From positions 1-44,479 of IMG/VR virus record IMGVR_UViG_3300038829_000187: 44,479 nucleotides of DNA; one strand, given 5' to 3'. The notes under the pieces were generated by a model. That model was not told the origin of the DNA. It saw only the letters and a list, made by a program, of their open reading frames with translations, and searched no databases. The DNA comes from a virus. Lineage: Duplodnaviria; Caudoviricetes. A program made the translations under genes and the position numbers. Shown piece by piece: positions 18,834-27,869 of this stretch (its first letter is position 1; each line of letters starts with the position of its first letter).

Positions 18834-19102
18834 TTTTCCACATTTCCTATTTACTGAATATAATTCGTAAGAGTTATTACTTTAATCCGTCTTAGTAGGC
18901 TCCTTGCGGGAGGGTGAGAAACCTGCGATAACCTCACTTCCGAGTGAACACAAATAAGGAACAGGAAAGATGACACCTTTCCACATTCGTTGTACAACCT
19001 GTGGAAGACATGTGTGGAAAAGCCTGGTAACTCGCTCTGCCTGTGGAAAACTCTAGTGCGAGTTATCCACACTCCCGCTCGCTTGTCCACATTGACTCCA
19101 CA
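18834..19102. promoter_or_regulatory. DnaA-box cluster with AT-rich patch (putative replication origin)
   Basis: TTATCCACA at 19063; TTTTCCACA at 18834; CTTTCCACA at 18977; TGTGGAAGA at 19000; TGTGGAAAA at 19013 and 19042; TTGTCCACA at 19083. AT-rich at 18843-18886. Lies between divergent genes. Confidence 0.65.
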
Positions 19103-19128
19103 CTCAAGCCGCGTAGCATCCAAGGTCG

Positions 19129-19428
19129 ATGTTCTCTCTCGATCTCAGTGAGGAAGTGATCCGCTTCGCGGAGTGCAATGAGAATGACATCAAGACAGCA
19201 GTGAGGAAAGAGGTTGATGAGTATTTCAGCTGCACGGTGACAGAGAACTACAAAGCGAAGTTCTTGGCTGGGCGAGCGGAACACGGCTGCATGACGGTGT
19301 ACAAGATCCTCACGGAGAACTGGCTCAAGCATAGCTCCGCGGAGCTTCAGGATGCATTCTGGTACATGGCCCTTCGTATGTTCCGGGATGACCTCCAAGC
19401 GAATGGTGCCATCGAACAAAAGAGTTGA
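19129..19428 (+). CDS. Hypothetical protein
   Basis: ATG with a TAGCAT -10-like box upstream; overlaps the next gene. Confidence 0.55.
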   Translation: MFSLDLSEEVIRFAECNENDIKTAVRKEVDEYFSCTVTENYKAKFLAGRAEHGCMTVYKILTENWLKHSSAELQDAFWYMALRMFRDDLQANGAIEQKS

Positions 19429-20209
19429 CGGGTACCAGAAGATTCTCATTGCCAGCGACTTGCATGGCCCGTTCTTGGATCGCCGCTGCTACAAGCTATT
19501 CCTGAACGTCGTGGATGATTTCTGTCCCGATATGATCATCCTGAACGGGGATGTCGCGGACTTCTCGCAAATCAGTTCGCATGACAGGAAGATCCGGATG
19601 CGGGGGCGGGAATTTCAAGAAGAGGTAGGGCTGGACGAAGAGCTGTTTATGATCCAGACAGAGATTTTCAGGCCCCTGCGGCTCGCTGCGCCCACCTGCA
19701 AGATAATCATGCGGAAAGGAAACCACGATGTGCGGTGGGAACTGATTGCGGAGACGAACCGCGAGGCCCTGGCTCAAATGATGAAGACGATGCGGAAGAA
19801 CCGAAGCCTCTACCTGGAAGACGTGCTCGGGCTCCCGCGGTTCAAAATCGAAATGGATCACCGGCCCATCATGCGGCTCACGGAGTCTTTCACCCTCATC
19901 CATGGGGTGAAGACGAACAAGATGGTGGCGAAGGCAAACCTACTGCGGTTCGGTTCGGGAACATCAGGCCACACGCACCGCATGGGGACGTGGACGGAAA
20001 TCATGCACGGGCAACTTCAAAGCTGGAACGAGAGCGGGTGCCTACGGACGATTGACGACATTGAATACCTGCCGTTCGGGGACAAGCCGGACTGGGCGAA
20101 TGGGTTCCTCGATCTTCGGATCAATTTCTCCACCGGTAAGTTCTTCTGCACGCCGCACTTCATCATCAAGAACGAGTGCGAGTTCCACGGAAAGATCTAC
20201 CGCGTTTAG
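19403..20209 (+). CDS. Calcineurin-like metallophosphoesterase
   Basis: SDLH, NGDVAD, GNHD, IHG and GHTHR motifs. Confidence 0.9.
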   Translation: MVPSNKRVDGYQKILIASDLHGPFLDRRCYKLFLNVVDDFCPDMIILNGDVADFSQISSHDRKIRMRGREFQEEVGLDEELFMIQTEIFRPLRLAAPTCKIIMRKGNHDVRWELIAETNREALAQMMKTMRKNRSLYLEDVLGLPRFKIEMDHRPIMRLTESFTLIHGVKTNKMVAKANLLRFGSGTSGHTHRMGTWTEIMHGQLQSWNESGCLRTIDDIEYLPFGDKPDWANGFLDLRINFSTGKFFCTPHFIIKNECEFHGKIYRV

Positions 20210-20745
20210 AAGCCGTTTTCCCTGCTCCACCTGAGGAAAGCAAAGTCGTAGGGCTGTAGCTCGTAATGGCCGAGAGTGACGGCCTTCATCACACGGTCGT
20301 AGATGGCCTCGATGATCGACTTCTGCACGCGGTGGTCGTTCAGGAAAGCAAAGCCGTTGTGGTTCCTGCGGGAGATGGGGCACGCATTGAATACAGAGGC
20401 AAAGATTTTACGCTCGGCACGGGATCGATTGAATCCGTGGATGTAGCCGCGGCCAAGGGTGTGGTGGAAGTCGTTGGCATCTTCCTTGGGGCTGATAAGG
20501 CACTGCGGGTATTCCCCCCAAATGGAGGCGAGGGCTTCCTTGTCGAACGCTGCCCGGTCGCTAGAGCTTCGCTTGAGGGGTTTGGAGCGGGCTCTGAGAA
20601 GACTTTGCCTTCGTAGTGGCTTGGTTGATCGGCGAAGGGGCGTGAGGCGTTTGAGGGGCTTCTGGGAACGTCGCAACGGAGTGAGGCGTCGAAGGGGCTT
20701 TCGGACTTTCCTGCGATGTAGTCGATGAGGTTTTGGGTAGAGCAT
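20206..20745 (-). CDS. HNH-like protein with basic N-terminal repeats
   Basis: KPLRRLTPLRRS-type repeats, then C...DFHH..GRG...N..P....H (degenerate HNH). Confidence 0.55.
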   Translation of the reverse strand: MLYPKPHRLHRRKVRKPLRRLTPLRRSQKPLKRLTPLRRSTKPLRRQSLLRARSKPLKRSSSDRAAFDKEALASIWGEYPQCLISPKEDANDFHHTLGRGYIHGFNRSRAERKIFASVFNACPISRRNHNGFAFLNDHRVQKSIIEAIYDRVMKAVTLGHYELQPYDFAFLRWSRENGF

Positions 20746-20763
20746 AGACCGAGGAGGAAGTAT

Positions 20764-20952
20764 TCAGTCATCGGAAGAGGGGAGGAGCGTTTCTAGCCGC
20801 AGAATGTATTGGTGAATGATCTGTACGTCTTCTCTTTTGATAATCGCGTACTCGATACTTGACGTGCGAGAGTGCAGCATTCGGTCAATGGCACGGAGCT
20901 CTCCAAGAGTCGCATGAGGGTATTCGCCGACGTTGATGTTGAAGGAGGTCAT
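20764..20952 (-). CDS. Hypothetical protein
   Basis: Coupled by an ATGA overlap within the leftward small-gene operon. Confidence 0.5.
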   Translation of the reverse strand: MTSFNINVGEYPHATLGELRAIDRMLHSRTSSIEYAIIKREDVQIIHQYILRLETLLPSSDD

Positions 20953-21230
20953 GACTTGCAGGTGAGGGAGGAGAGAATGTGCTTTCGTCGAGCGATGCAG
21001 GACTGGCAGACCTGAAATGCGTTCTTTTCAACGAGGCATGTGTCGGTCGTTTCAAGGAACATTCGCATTTCCCGATGCTCTTTCTCAAGCTGGTGGATGT
21101 ACTCGGCTAGCACAATGTTTCGGTGGGGCTGATGGATAATGCCACCCTTACTCATTCTTTCAATGTCTCGTCGCAACTTCTCTCGCTGTCCAAGAGGCTC
21201 CTGCATGCCGGTGGGGAGGGGGTTAGTCAT
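20949..21230 (-). CDS. Hypothetical protein (CxxC)
   Basis: Overlap-coupled to its neighbours. Confidence 0.55.
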   Translation of the reverse strand: MTNPLPTGMQEPLGQREKLRRDIERMSKGGIIHQPHRNIVLAEYIHQLEKEHREMRMFLETTDTCLVEKNAFQVCQSCIARRKHILSSLTCKS

Positions 21231-21519
21231 TGGTGGAGGCGAAGCGAATCACATCCATTTGTGCTGTCTCATGCGACAGATCGGAAAACTGTTCCCTTTC
21301 AGGGTCGTACACGCAATGCAAAACACCGATGCCCTGCCTTAGAGCGAGCAACTTCTCCTCCAACTCGTTCTTGTCGATGGTGAGGTCGTGCTTGAACATG
21401 TCATTGAACATTTCAACAAGATCGACGTAGCTTCGTGCGAGGTTGTGCCGGAGGCCGTCCATTGAGATGACTACTTTCATGGTCTTGGTCTTGCCGCTAG
21501 GAGGGGTCTTGGGGGTCAT
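21223..21519 (-). CDS. Hypothetical protein
   Basis: Overlap-coupled; helical composition. Confidence 0.55.
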   Translation of the reverse strand: MTPKTPPSGKTKTMKVVISMDGLRHNLARSYVDLVEMFNDMFKHDLTIDKNELEEKLLALRQGIGVLHCVYDPEREQFSDLSHETAQMDVIRFASTND

Positions 21520-21537
21520 AACTCAGTGGAGTCGGGG

Positions 21538-21699
21538 TCAGGAAGCAGCCAGGTAGAAGACCAGGGAGCCGACAGCGAGAGCGGCTATGGCAACAACCGG
21601 ATTCCTTCTGAATGCTCGTTCATGGAGAAAGACGACAGCCCAAAATGTGAGGGACATGCCGTACATCGCAATGGCGAAGGCGAGGGCATTTTCAGGCAT
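21538..21699 (-). CDS. Small two-TM membrane protein
   Basis: Two hydrophobic segments separated by HERAFRR. Confidence 0.5.
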   Translation of the reverse strand: MPENALAFAIAMYGMSLTFWAVVFLHERAFRRNPVVAIAALAVGSLVFYLAAS

Positions 21700-21898
21700 G
21701 GTAGGTAGGGGGAAGCTCAACGGAGTCGGGGTTAGTAGGTCGAAAGAGGGCCTTCAGCAACGCCTTGAACATCCATTTCGGCATGGGCGGTCGAGTCTGC
21801 CCCCAGATCGGGACACCCTCGGCATCGACGCGGTACAGCTCGCCTTCCTGGTAGTAGTGGGTAATTCGAACGCCGTCGGATTGTGGAGAAGGGGTCAT
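21692..21898 (-). CDS. Hypothetical protein
   Basis: Operon position. Confidence 0.45.
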   Translation of the reverse strand: MTPSPQSDGVRITHYYQEGELYRVDAEGVPIWGQTRPPMPKWMFKALLKALFRPTNPDSVELPPTYHA

Positions 21899-21937
21899 TT
21901 GGCAATGCCAGCTAGCCGCCAGAATTCAGGAGTAGGA

Positions 21938-22336
21938 TTACTTGCCATAAAGTTCTTGGTGGGCAGAAATAAGAGCGGAGACGCGAGTGGGGAGGTCGGC
22001 TTCCATGTAAACGCCGATGTGGTGCGTAATGTCACCTGTTATTGCACTAAGGGCTTTTAGAAAGTCATGCCAAAGCGTTTCATCCTCCATCAGCTTCAGT
22101 TCTACTTCTCTCCAGTGGTTCCAGTCGGTGAGGGGGTTCCAGGGACGCGGCGGTAGCGTCAGGCCGAGTCCACGCCATGAAGCACAGTCGCGACAGGGCA
22201 TGCGGTACTTTCCGAGGTGCATGCCGGTGTTGTGGCACTTCATGCACCAGACGTTCTGCCACCCCATCACGTCCACCGCCAGCTTTTCGATGAGCTGGTC
22301 GTCGGTGAGTTGCCGGAGTTCGTCGAGAGTGATCAT
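21938..22336 (-). CDS. Phage ABA-sandwich domain protein with Zn-finger insert
   Basis: LAVDVMGW...WNPLTDWNHWREVELKL pattern; CMKC/CRDC insert. Confidence 0.65.
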   Translation of the reverse strand: MITLDELRQLTDDQLIEKLAVDVMGWQNVWCMKCHNTGMHLGKYRMPCRDCASWRGLGLTLPPRPWNPLTDWNHWREVELKLMEDETLWHDFLKALSAITGDITHHIGVYMEADLPTRVSALISAHQELYGK

Positions 22337-22473
22337 CGCTTCTTGGGAGGGATTCGGAGCCACAGCCGTACAAGGCCGGTAAAGCTCCGCTGTCCGTATT
22401 CCTGCTTTCGCTTGGCCGCTAGCTCGCGGTCTTCGTCGTCCATGTAGATGGTGGTGGGCTTTGCTTTGGGCAT
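22333..22473 (-). CDS. Ribbon-helix-helix regulator (46 aa)
   Basis: Hand-translated MPKAKPTTIYMDDEDRELAAKRKQEYGQRSFTGLVRLWL; TACTAT 6 nt before the ATG. Confidence 0.7.
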   Translation of the reverse strand: MPKAKPTTIYMDDEDRELAAKRKQEYGQRSFTGLVRLWLRIPPKKR

Positions 22474-22582
22474 GGCCCCATAGTAAAGGAACTATTGTTT
22501 ATTGCAATCATTCTTCCTGGACAAGACTATTGCATTATGATGTTAGTTGAGATATGCTTGTCACGTCCTTCCCCCACGTTCC
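22474..22582. promoter_or_regulatory. AT-rich divergent promoter region (possible early switch)
   Basis: AT-rich gap between divergent operons; TTGCAT...TATGCT-like boxes on the + strand and TACTAT on the - strand. Confidence 0.5.
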
Positions 22583-22930
22583 ATGTCCTCCCTCTACACT
22601 CCCATAGAAGAAAAAGCGATTGACCTCAAGATCACCTGGCTCGATGCCTGTATCTACGATGGGTTTGAAGGATCGCTGGTGGAGTTCACGCGAGCATCGA
22701 CTTCACCAACTGCGGCACCCGTGATTGATCCTCCCGTCCATGAATGGTTTAAGAACCAACGAGGAAAGCCAGGGCATTGCATTGACTGCGGAATGATGAT
22801 TCCTGCCGAGCGATTGGCCTATTGCAAGAAAAAGGGCTGGACAGCGAGGCGGTGCGAAAGCTGTAGTGCGAAGGCGGGGACAAGTGTCCGGCCCGGAGTA
22901 TGGGGTGTTGCTCCTGTACCCTCTCGCTAA
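22583..22930 (+). CDS. DksA/TraR C4-type zinc-finger protein
   Basis: GHCIDCGMMIPAERL...ARRCESC. Confidence 0.75.
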   Translation: MSSLYTPIEEKAIDLKITWLDACIYDGFEGSLVEFTRASTSPTAAPVIDPPVHEWFKNQRGKPGHCIDCGMMIPAERLAYCKKKGWTARRCESCSAKAGTSVRPGVWGVAPVPSR

Positions 22931-22932
22931 CC

Positions 22933-23265
22933 ATGGAACCACTGCACAATCGCATCCTCCGGGAGACCATGGCCTCGCTCCACAAGCTCAAGCAGGGGTA
23001 TCGCTGGTGCGGGGGCTGCGGCAAGCCGGAAGTTGCTCCGGAAGAGCAAGGCTCCCGCTGCAAGGCGTGTGAAGATGTGCTCTCGAAGTTCTGCGAGGAG
23101 TGCGGGGAGGAGCTGGAAATGAAGCGGGTGGATTTTGCTCGAAGGAAGGGCGGACAATGCCGGAGGTGCTTCTATTGCTCTAGGGGAATGACCTTGCCGC
23201 ACCCGGTGCACAAGGTGAAAGTCCCGCAAGGCTGGTATTTCCTGCCTCTCGTCGTCGATCTTTGA
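22933..23265 (+). CDS. Multi-CxxC zinc-finger protein
   Basis: CGGC, CKAC, CEEC and CRRC motifs. Confidence 0.6.
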   Translation: MEPLHNRILRETMASLHKLKQGYRWCGGCGKPEVAPEEQGSRCKACEDVLSKFCEECGEELEMKRVDFARRKGGQCRRCFYCSRGMTLPHPVHKVKVPQGWYFLPLVVDL

Positions 23266-23632
23266 CATCACCGTACACAGTTTCATGCTGTGTGTCAGAG
23301 TCTCTCGCGTGGGGGTGGTTACATCATCGCTGCTTCATACACGTTTCGGGAATTGGTCACAGAATTATTCTTAAGGGGAATAAGTTCGCCACTCCCACGC
23401 CAGGGGCTTCCATTTGGCTCCTATTGACATTACTGCCGTATTGCGCCTTGGATGGAAACGTGGTACAATGAGCATATCGCTCTTTCCACTTTACTTCCTT
23501 CCCAAAACAAACATGCGAGACTGGCAAATCCCTGTGTGGGCAATCTGGCTCGGTGCTTTTGTTCTTCCGCTCCTTGGGTGGACGGCAAAAGCCTGGGTCA
23601 AAACTCATCTATTTTAGTTCCTTCCGTTCTTC

Positions 23633-23968
23633 ATGAACGCTTTTAGCTCCTGGGCGAAAGCCCGCTTCCAAACAAACATGTTCAACAAATCAAACATCAT
23701 CGGCGGGGCCGTGCTCGGCTCCATTCTTCTTAGCCTGACTGTCTTCGTCACCTACAAGATTGCCACGTTCGATCCCCGTCCTGCCGTCGTCCAGGCTGCG
23801 GAAGTCGAATTGCAAGAACTGCTTCCTCGCTACCGGCAAGCGGAAGCGGAGTTCAATGCCCTGAAGGCCGACAAGGAAAGAACTGAAAAGACTCTGCGGG
23901 ACTGGAAATTCTCTTTCGATGAAGAGCAACTCCGGGCTGTAGAGGAAGAAGAAGGTTCTTTCAAATAG
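23633..23968 (+). CDS. Membrane-anchored coiled-coil protein (upstream partner of a probable frameshift)
   Basis: TM segment IIGGAVLGSILLSLTVFV followed by a coiled coil; ends GGT TCT TTC AAA TAG. Confidence 0.75.
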   Translation: MNAFSSWAKARFQTNMFNKSNIIGGAVLGSILLSLTVFVTYKIATFDPRPAVVQAAEVELQELLPRYRQAEAEFNALKADKERTEKTLRDWKFSFDEEQLRAVEEEEGSFK

Positions 23969-24825
23969 GGAATGGCGTCCGCCCAAAAGAGACGCCAACG
24001 AAACCGCATATCCTGGTCATTCACCACACCGACATTCCTGGGGATGCTCCGCAATCTGCTCGTGTGGAAGGGCTCCACAGAAACAAGGGGTATCACCAAA
24101 GCACGATCATCAATCCTGCGACGGGGAGTGGTTGGCACATTGCGTACCACTTCTTGATTGGCAAGGACGGTACGGTGCTTCAGGCCCGGAGCGTGAAAGA
24201 TAGATCGGGGCACACGTCCTGCGGGCTCGGCTTCACAAAGTGCGTCGGCGAGCAGAACGTGAACGACAACTCCCTTTCGATCTCTCTGGCTGGAGACTTC
24301 ACCTTGGAACAGCCGACGAAGAAACAGCTCGCCTCTCTCAAGGATCTGATTAACCGCCTGGACGCTACGTACAACTTCAAGCGGATCATCGGGCATCGGG
24401 ACGCAAGTCCCACGGCATGCCCTGGGAATAATCTCATGAACGCTCTTGAAGAAATGCACGTCCTGCGGAATCCGAAAGACATCTTTCAGGTCAGCCGCTA
24501 CTACACTCCTGTCCGTGGGCAAGAGCGGTACTACCGGGACAGTTATGAGGCAGACTTCAAGGTGAACTGCCAGGGTGATTGCCTGGCACCTGCCGACCCG
24601 AACAAGCGGTACTCCGCTGCCGATGCAAGCAAGGTTGCCGCCTGTCCTCCTCAGTATCCCTTCGGAACACGGTTCGATGTTGAGGGGATCGGTATCGTCA
24701 CTTGCCACGATCACGGTGGCGCCATCCAGGGCAACCGCCTCGACATCTGGACGGGGATCGGCATGGAAGGATTGAAGACGATCCTTACGACGAGTGGCGG
24801 GCCTCGTATGGTGAAGATTCTCTAG
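23959..24825 (+). CDS. N-acetylmuramoyl-L-alanine amidase (Amidase_2) plus 3D domain, probably reached by -1 frameshift
   Basis: ILVIHHT (upstream of the first start codon), IAYHFLI, IIGHRD and TACPG; then VAACP..PFGT, CHDHGGAIQGNRLDIW (3D). Confidence 0.85.
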   Translation, partial: FQIGNGVRPKETPTKPHILVIHHTDIPGDAPQSARVEGLHRNKGYHQSTIINPATGSGWHIAYHFLIGKDGTVLQARSVKDRSGHTSCGLGFTKCVGEQNVNDNSLSISLAGDFTLEQPTKKQLASLKDLINRLDATYNFKRIIGHRDASPTACPGNNLMNALEEMHVLRNPKDIFQVSRYYTPVRGQERYYRDSYEADFKVNCQGDCLAPADPNKRYSAADASKVAACPPQYPFGTRFDVEGIGIVTCHDHGGAIQGNRLDIWTGIGMEGLKTILTTSGGPRMVKIL

Positions 24826-24848
24826 CCTTTATCCCTTCTCCTTCCCTC

Positions 24849-25109
24849 ATGGATGTTTCGAACCTGAAAACGCCGGCAGAAAACGCACGTACCTTCCTCG
24901 AAGAGCTAAAACAGCTCAAAATCCAAACGGGGTGCTCCACGGAGGCACTAGCAACCCTCCTGCGAATGCCCCGGAGCACGATCAAAGACTGGCTCAATGG
25001 CGTGTACAAACCCTCGCACATTGGGATGCTCACAACCTACCAGAACGCCGTCGATGAATATGCGAGGCTCGCTCGCGTCGTTGCGGCTCTTGAAACCTTT
25101 ATCAACTAG
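24849..25109 (+). CDS. XRE/Cro-like HTH protein
   Basis: STEALATLLRMPRSTIKDWLNG..KP motif. Confidence 0.75.
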   Translation: MDVSNLKTPAENARTFLEELKQLKIQTGCSTEALATLLRMPRSTIKDWLNGVYKPSHIGMLTTYQNAVDEYARLARVVAALETFIN

Positions 25110-25147
25110 CTTTATCTTCTATCCATTCCTCTTTCCCTCCCTACTCT

Positions 25148-25420
25148 ATGATCCCATCTCTTTTGGCCTCAATGGCACTTCTCGGAAACGTCGTTACCTC
25201 GTCCACACTCTGCGATGGGCTCCGGCTCGATCGCACAATGTCTTATCACCAGTTCCTTCAGGAGTTCGCTTTGGATCTCAGCATTCAAGACGAGCTGAAC
25301 CGCAAGAAGGAGTTCGATCTGCTCGCACAGTACAAGTACCGGGCGTACGTGAAGCAATCGACGAACGTGAAAAAGGCTCAGGCCCATCTCTGCGGCAAGG
25401 TGTCGAGCAACTGGAACTGA
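25148..25420 (+). CDS. Small exported/hypothetical protein
   Basis: Hydrophobic N-terminus; C-rich leader; followed by a terminator. Confidence 0.55.
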   Translation: MIPSLLASMALLGNVVTSSTLCDGLRLDRTMSYHQFLQEFALDLSIQDELNRKKEFDLLAQYKYRAYVKQSTNVKKAQAHLCGKVSSNWN

Positions 25421-25431
25421 AACGATGTTTG

Positions 25432-25462
25432 AAAGCCTCCTCATTACGAGGGGGCTTTTTTT
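25432..25462 (+). terminator. Rho-independent terminator
   Basis: AAAGCCTCCTC-loop-GAGGGGGCTTTTTTT. Confidence 0.8.
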
Positions 25463-25520
25463 GTGTACGTCAAGCACGATTGGTTGCAAGAGGTACTCAT
25501 TTCAGAGTACCTTGCACTCG

Positions 25521-25685
25521 ATGACAGCTTTCCGCCTTCAAGTGACGCTGCCGGACGCTCTTCGGGCATCGTATGAGCAACACGCGAAGGCCGTGCATGG
25601 TCTCGATCTACCAAACCTCGTGAAAATGCTCCTGCACAAGGATTATTCAGCCTACACCCCGCCCCATGAAACCGAGAATCGGTAA
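25521..25685 (+). CDS. Ribbon-helix-helix protein
   Basis: FRLQVTLPDALRASYEQHAK...DLPNLVKMLL. Confidence 0.6.
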   Translation: MTAFRLQVTLPDALRASYEQHAKAVHGLDLPNLVKMLLHKDYSAYTPPHETENR

Positions 25686-25767
25686 TCTCTTCGTCGGCCC
25701 GATGATCCTCTTTGGCACGATGGCTGTCTTTTCTTTCTTCGGTCTCTAATTCTTTCCAACTTCTCGT

Positions 25768-26100
25768 ATGTGTCCTGTCGTTATCAAGTTGACTCCGTCG
25801 ATTGGGCCGCTCGGTGCTCGTGTCGTCCTTCTGCCCGTGGAAAAAGAACAGGAAACGGCGGGGGGCATCATTATTCCGGATACCGCGAAGGGGGAGAAGC
25901 CGCAGCAAGGTACGGTCGTCGCACTTGGAAAGGGCGGCATCGGGAAGGACTGCGTGAATCCCAGCGACTTCCTGGTCGTCGGTGACAAGGTGCTTTTTAG
26001 CCGCTACGCCGGCGATGACGTAAAAGTGAAGGATGGTTCCGGCAAAGATGTGACCGTGCGAATCGTCAACATGGATGTCATCCTTGGTCTTGTTAACTAA
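25768..26100 (+). CDS. groES: Co-chaperonin GroES
   Basis: PLGARVV, ETAGGIIIPDTAK.EKPQQGTVVALG, VGDKVLFSRYAG, DVILG. Confidence 0.97.
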   Translation: MCPVVIKLTPSIGPLGARVVLLPVEKEQETAGGIIIPDTAKGEKPQQGTVVALGKGGIGKDCVNPSDFLVVGDKVLFSRYAGDDVKVKDGSGKDVTVRIVNMDVILGLVN

Positions 26101-26120
26101 TCTCCTCCCCCCATACTCCC

Positions 26121-27719
26121 ATGCCCGCTCGACTCCTACTTTTCGGTTCTGAGGCTCGTGAAGCAGTTTTCAAAGGTGTGACCAAGCTCGACAAAGCTGT
26201 CGCTGCAACGCTCGGCCCGCTCGGTCGCAATGCCATTATCGCCAAACGATTCGGAGGCCCCACGGTCACGAAAGACGGCGTGACGGTCGCCAAGGAGGTG
26301 GAACTGCCGGAGCCATTCGAGAACATGGGCGCCCAGCTCGTGAAAGAAGCGGCAACGAAGACGAACGATGCCGCGGGCGATGGAACAACGACGGCAACAG
26401 TTCTCGCTCACGCCATGATGGAAGAAGGCATGAAGCACTTGGGATCGGGGAAGAATGCAATCTCGATCAAGAACGGAATCATCAAGGCTGTGGCTGCGGT
26501 GAAGGAACACCTGACGACTCAGGCGAAAGCGGTAAGCAAGAAAGAGGAGTATGCGGCGGTCGCCACAATCTCAGCTCAAGATTCTGAAATCGGGGAAATG
26601 ATTGCGGAAGTCATCGATCAGGTCGGGAAAGACGGAGTGGTGACGGTCGAAGCCGGCAATACCCTGGGCCTGGAGAAAGAGTACGTCGAAGGAATGCAAT
26701 TCGAGAGCGGGTGGCTGTCTCCGTACATGGTGACGGATGCGACGCGGATGGAAACGATCCTGGAAAATGTCCATCTGCTCATCACGGATCAAAAGATCGG
26801 ATCGCTCGATCAACTTCTCCCGCTCATGAAGTTGCTCGGAGAGAAAAACAAGCGAGAGCTTGTCATCATCGCGGACAACGTGGAAGGGCAAGCCCTGGCC
26901 CTGCTCGTAATCAACCGAGTCCAGGGGAAGTTCCAATCGGTGGCGGTGAAGGCCCCTGCTTTCGGCGAGCGAAAGAAAGAAATGCTCAAAGACATTGCTG
27001 CTCTGACGGGTGGTACCTACGTCTCCGACGAACTTGGAATGAAGCTCGAAAGCGTCACGATTGAAAACCTCGGCAAAGCCCGGAAGGTCATCGTCACGAA
27101 AGATTCAACTCTCATCGTCGGGGGAGCCGGTAAGAAGGACGATGTCGAGGCAAGGGTCAATGAAATCAAGATCCGCCTCACCCAATCGACCAATGACTTC
27201 GACAAGGAGAAGCTTCAGGAACGGCTTGCCAAGTTGTGTGGGGGCGTCGCAGTCGTGAAAGTGGGGGCGGCAACCGAAGTTGAGCAGAAGGAAAAACAGC
27301 ACCGGGTGGAAGACGCTTTGTCGGCGACACGGGCCGCGGCGGAGGAAGGGATCGTGCCTGGCGGGGGGACTGCGTACATCCGGGCCATCGTGGTTCTCGA
27401 TGAAGTGGACGCAGAGAACGACGACGAGCAAATCGGAATCGACATTGTGCGAGGGGCTCTCTCGGCGCCCGCTCGCCATATCGCTGATAACGCCGGCGTG
27501 GAAGGGAAGGTCGTGGTTGAGAAGGTGAAGGGTCTGAAGGGAACGAACGGGTACAACGCCATGACGGGAGAGTACGAAGATCTGACGAAGGCGATGGTGA
27601 TTGATCCGAAGAAGGTGGCAAGGTGTGCCCTGGAGAATGCTGCGTCGGTAGCTGCGATGTTCCTGACGCTCGAAGTAGCGATTGTGGAGATACCTGATTC
27701 CAAGGAGGGCGATGAATAG
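26121..27719 (+). CDS. groEL: Chaperonin GroEL
   Basis: TLGP.GRN, TKDGVTVAKE, AGDGTTTATVLA, VKAPAFG, VEDAL and GIVPGGG motifs; no GGM tail. Confidence 0.99.
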   Translation: MPARLLLFGSEAREAVFKGVTKLDKAVAATLGPLGRNAIIAKRFGGPTVTKDGVTVAKEVELPEPFENMGAQLVKEAATKTNDAAGDGTTTATVLAHAMMEEGMKHLGSGKNAISIKNGIIKAVAAVKEHLTTQAKAVSKKEEYAAVATISAQDSEIGEMIAEVIDQVGKDGVVTVEAGNTLGLEKEYVEGMQFESGWLSPYMVTDATRMETILENVHLLITDQKIGSLDQLLPLMKLLGEKNKRELVIIADNVEGQALALLVINRVQGKFQSVAVKAPAFGERKKEMLKDIAALTGGTYVSDELGMKLESVTIENLGKARKVIVTKDSTLIVGGAGKKDDVEARVNEIKIRLTQSTNDFDKEKLQERLAKLCGGVAVVKVGAATEVEQKEKQHRVEDALSATRAAAEEGIVPGGGTAYIRAIVVLDEVDAENDDEQIGIDIVRGALSAPARHIADNAGVEGKVVVEKVKGLKGTNGYNAMTGEYEDLTKAMVIDPKKVARCALENAASVAAMFLTLEVAIVEIPDSKEGDE

Positions 27720-27869
27720 CCCTGCTTCAGCAATGGCCCCCACGGAGCCAGAAACGGCCATCAGAATGCTGGAGGCTGTCCGCCTGGGCATTGAGGCCCT
27801 GAAGGCGATGGAGCTGCCTCCGGACGCTAGGAGAGTTGTGTAGGGGCTGGACTTCCTTGTGTCCTGACG

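Noticed and set aside
20570-20705. CRISPR or iteron array
   Set aside because: These are degenerate coding repeats (KPLRRLTPLRRS) with no constant repeat-spacer structure. No cas genes were seen in the window.
21231-21256. tRNA-like 3' end (TGGTGGAGGCG...GAATC)
   Set aside because: No T-loop consensus or cloverleaf, and it lies inside a coding region.
21533-21552. SRP-RNA-like GGTCAGGAAGCAGCC
   Set aside because: It lacks the tetraloop hairpin and long stem, and overlaps a gene end.
27712-27867. Stop-codon reassignment or TAG readthrough in the small ORF after groEL
   Set aside because: It is a single case. TAA, TAG and TGA all end well-defined genes elsewhere, so the standard code applies, which also argues against code-25 CPR hosts.
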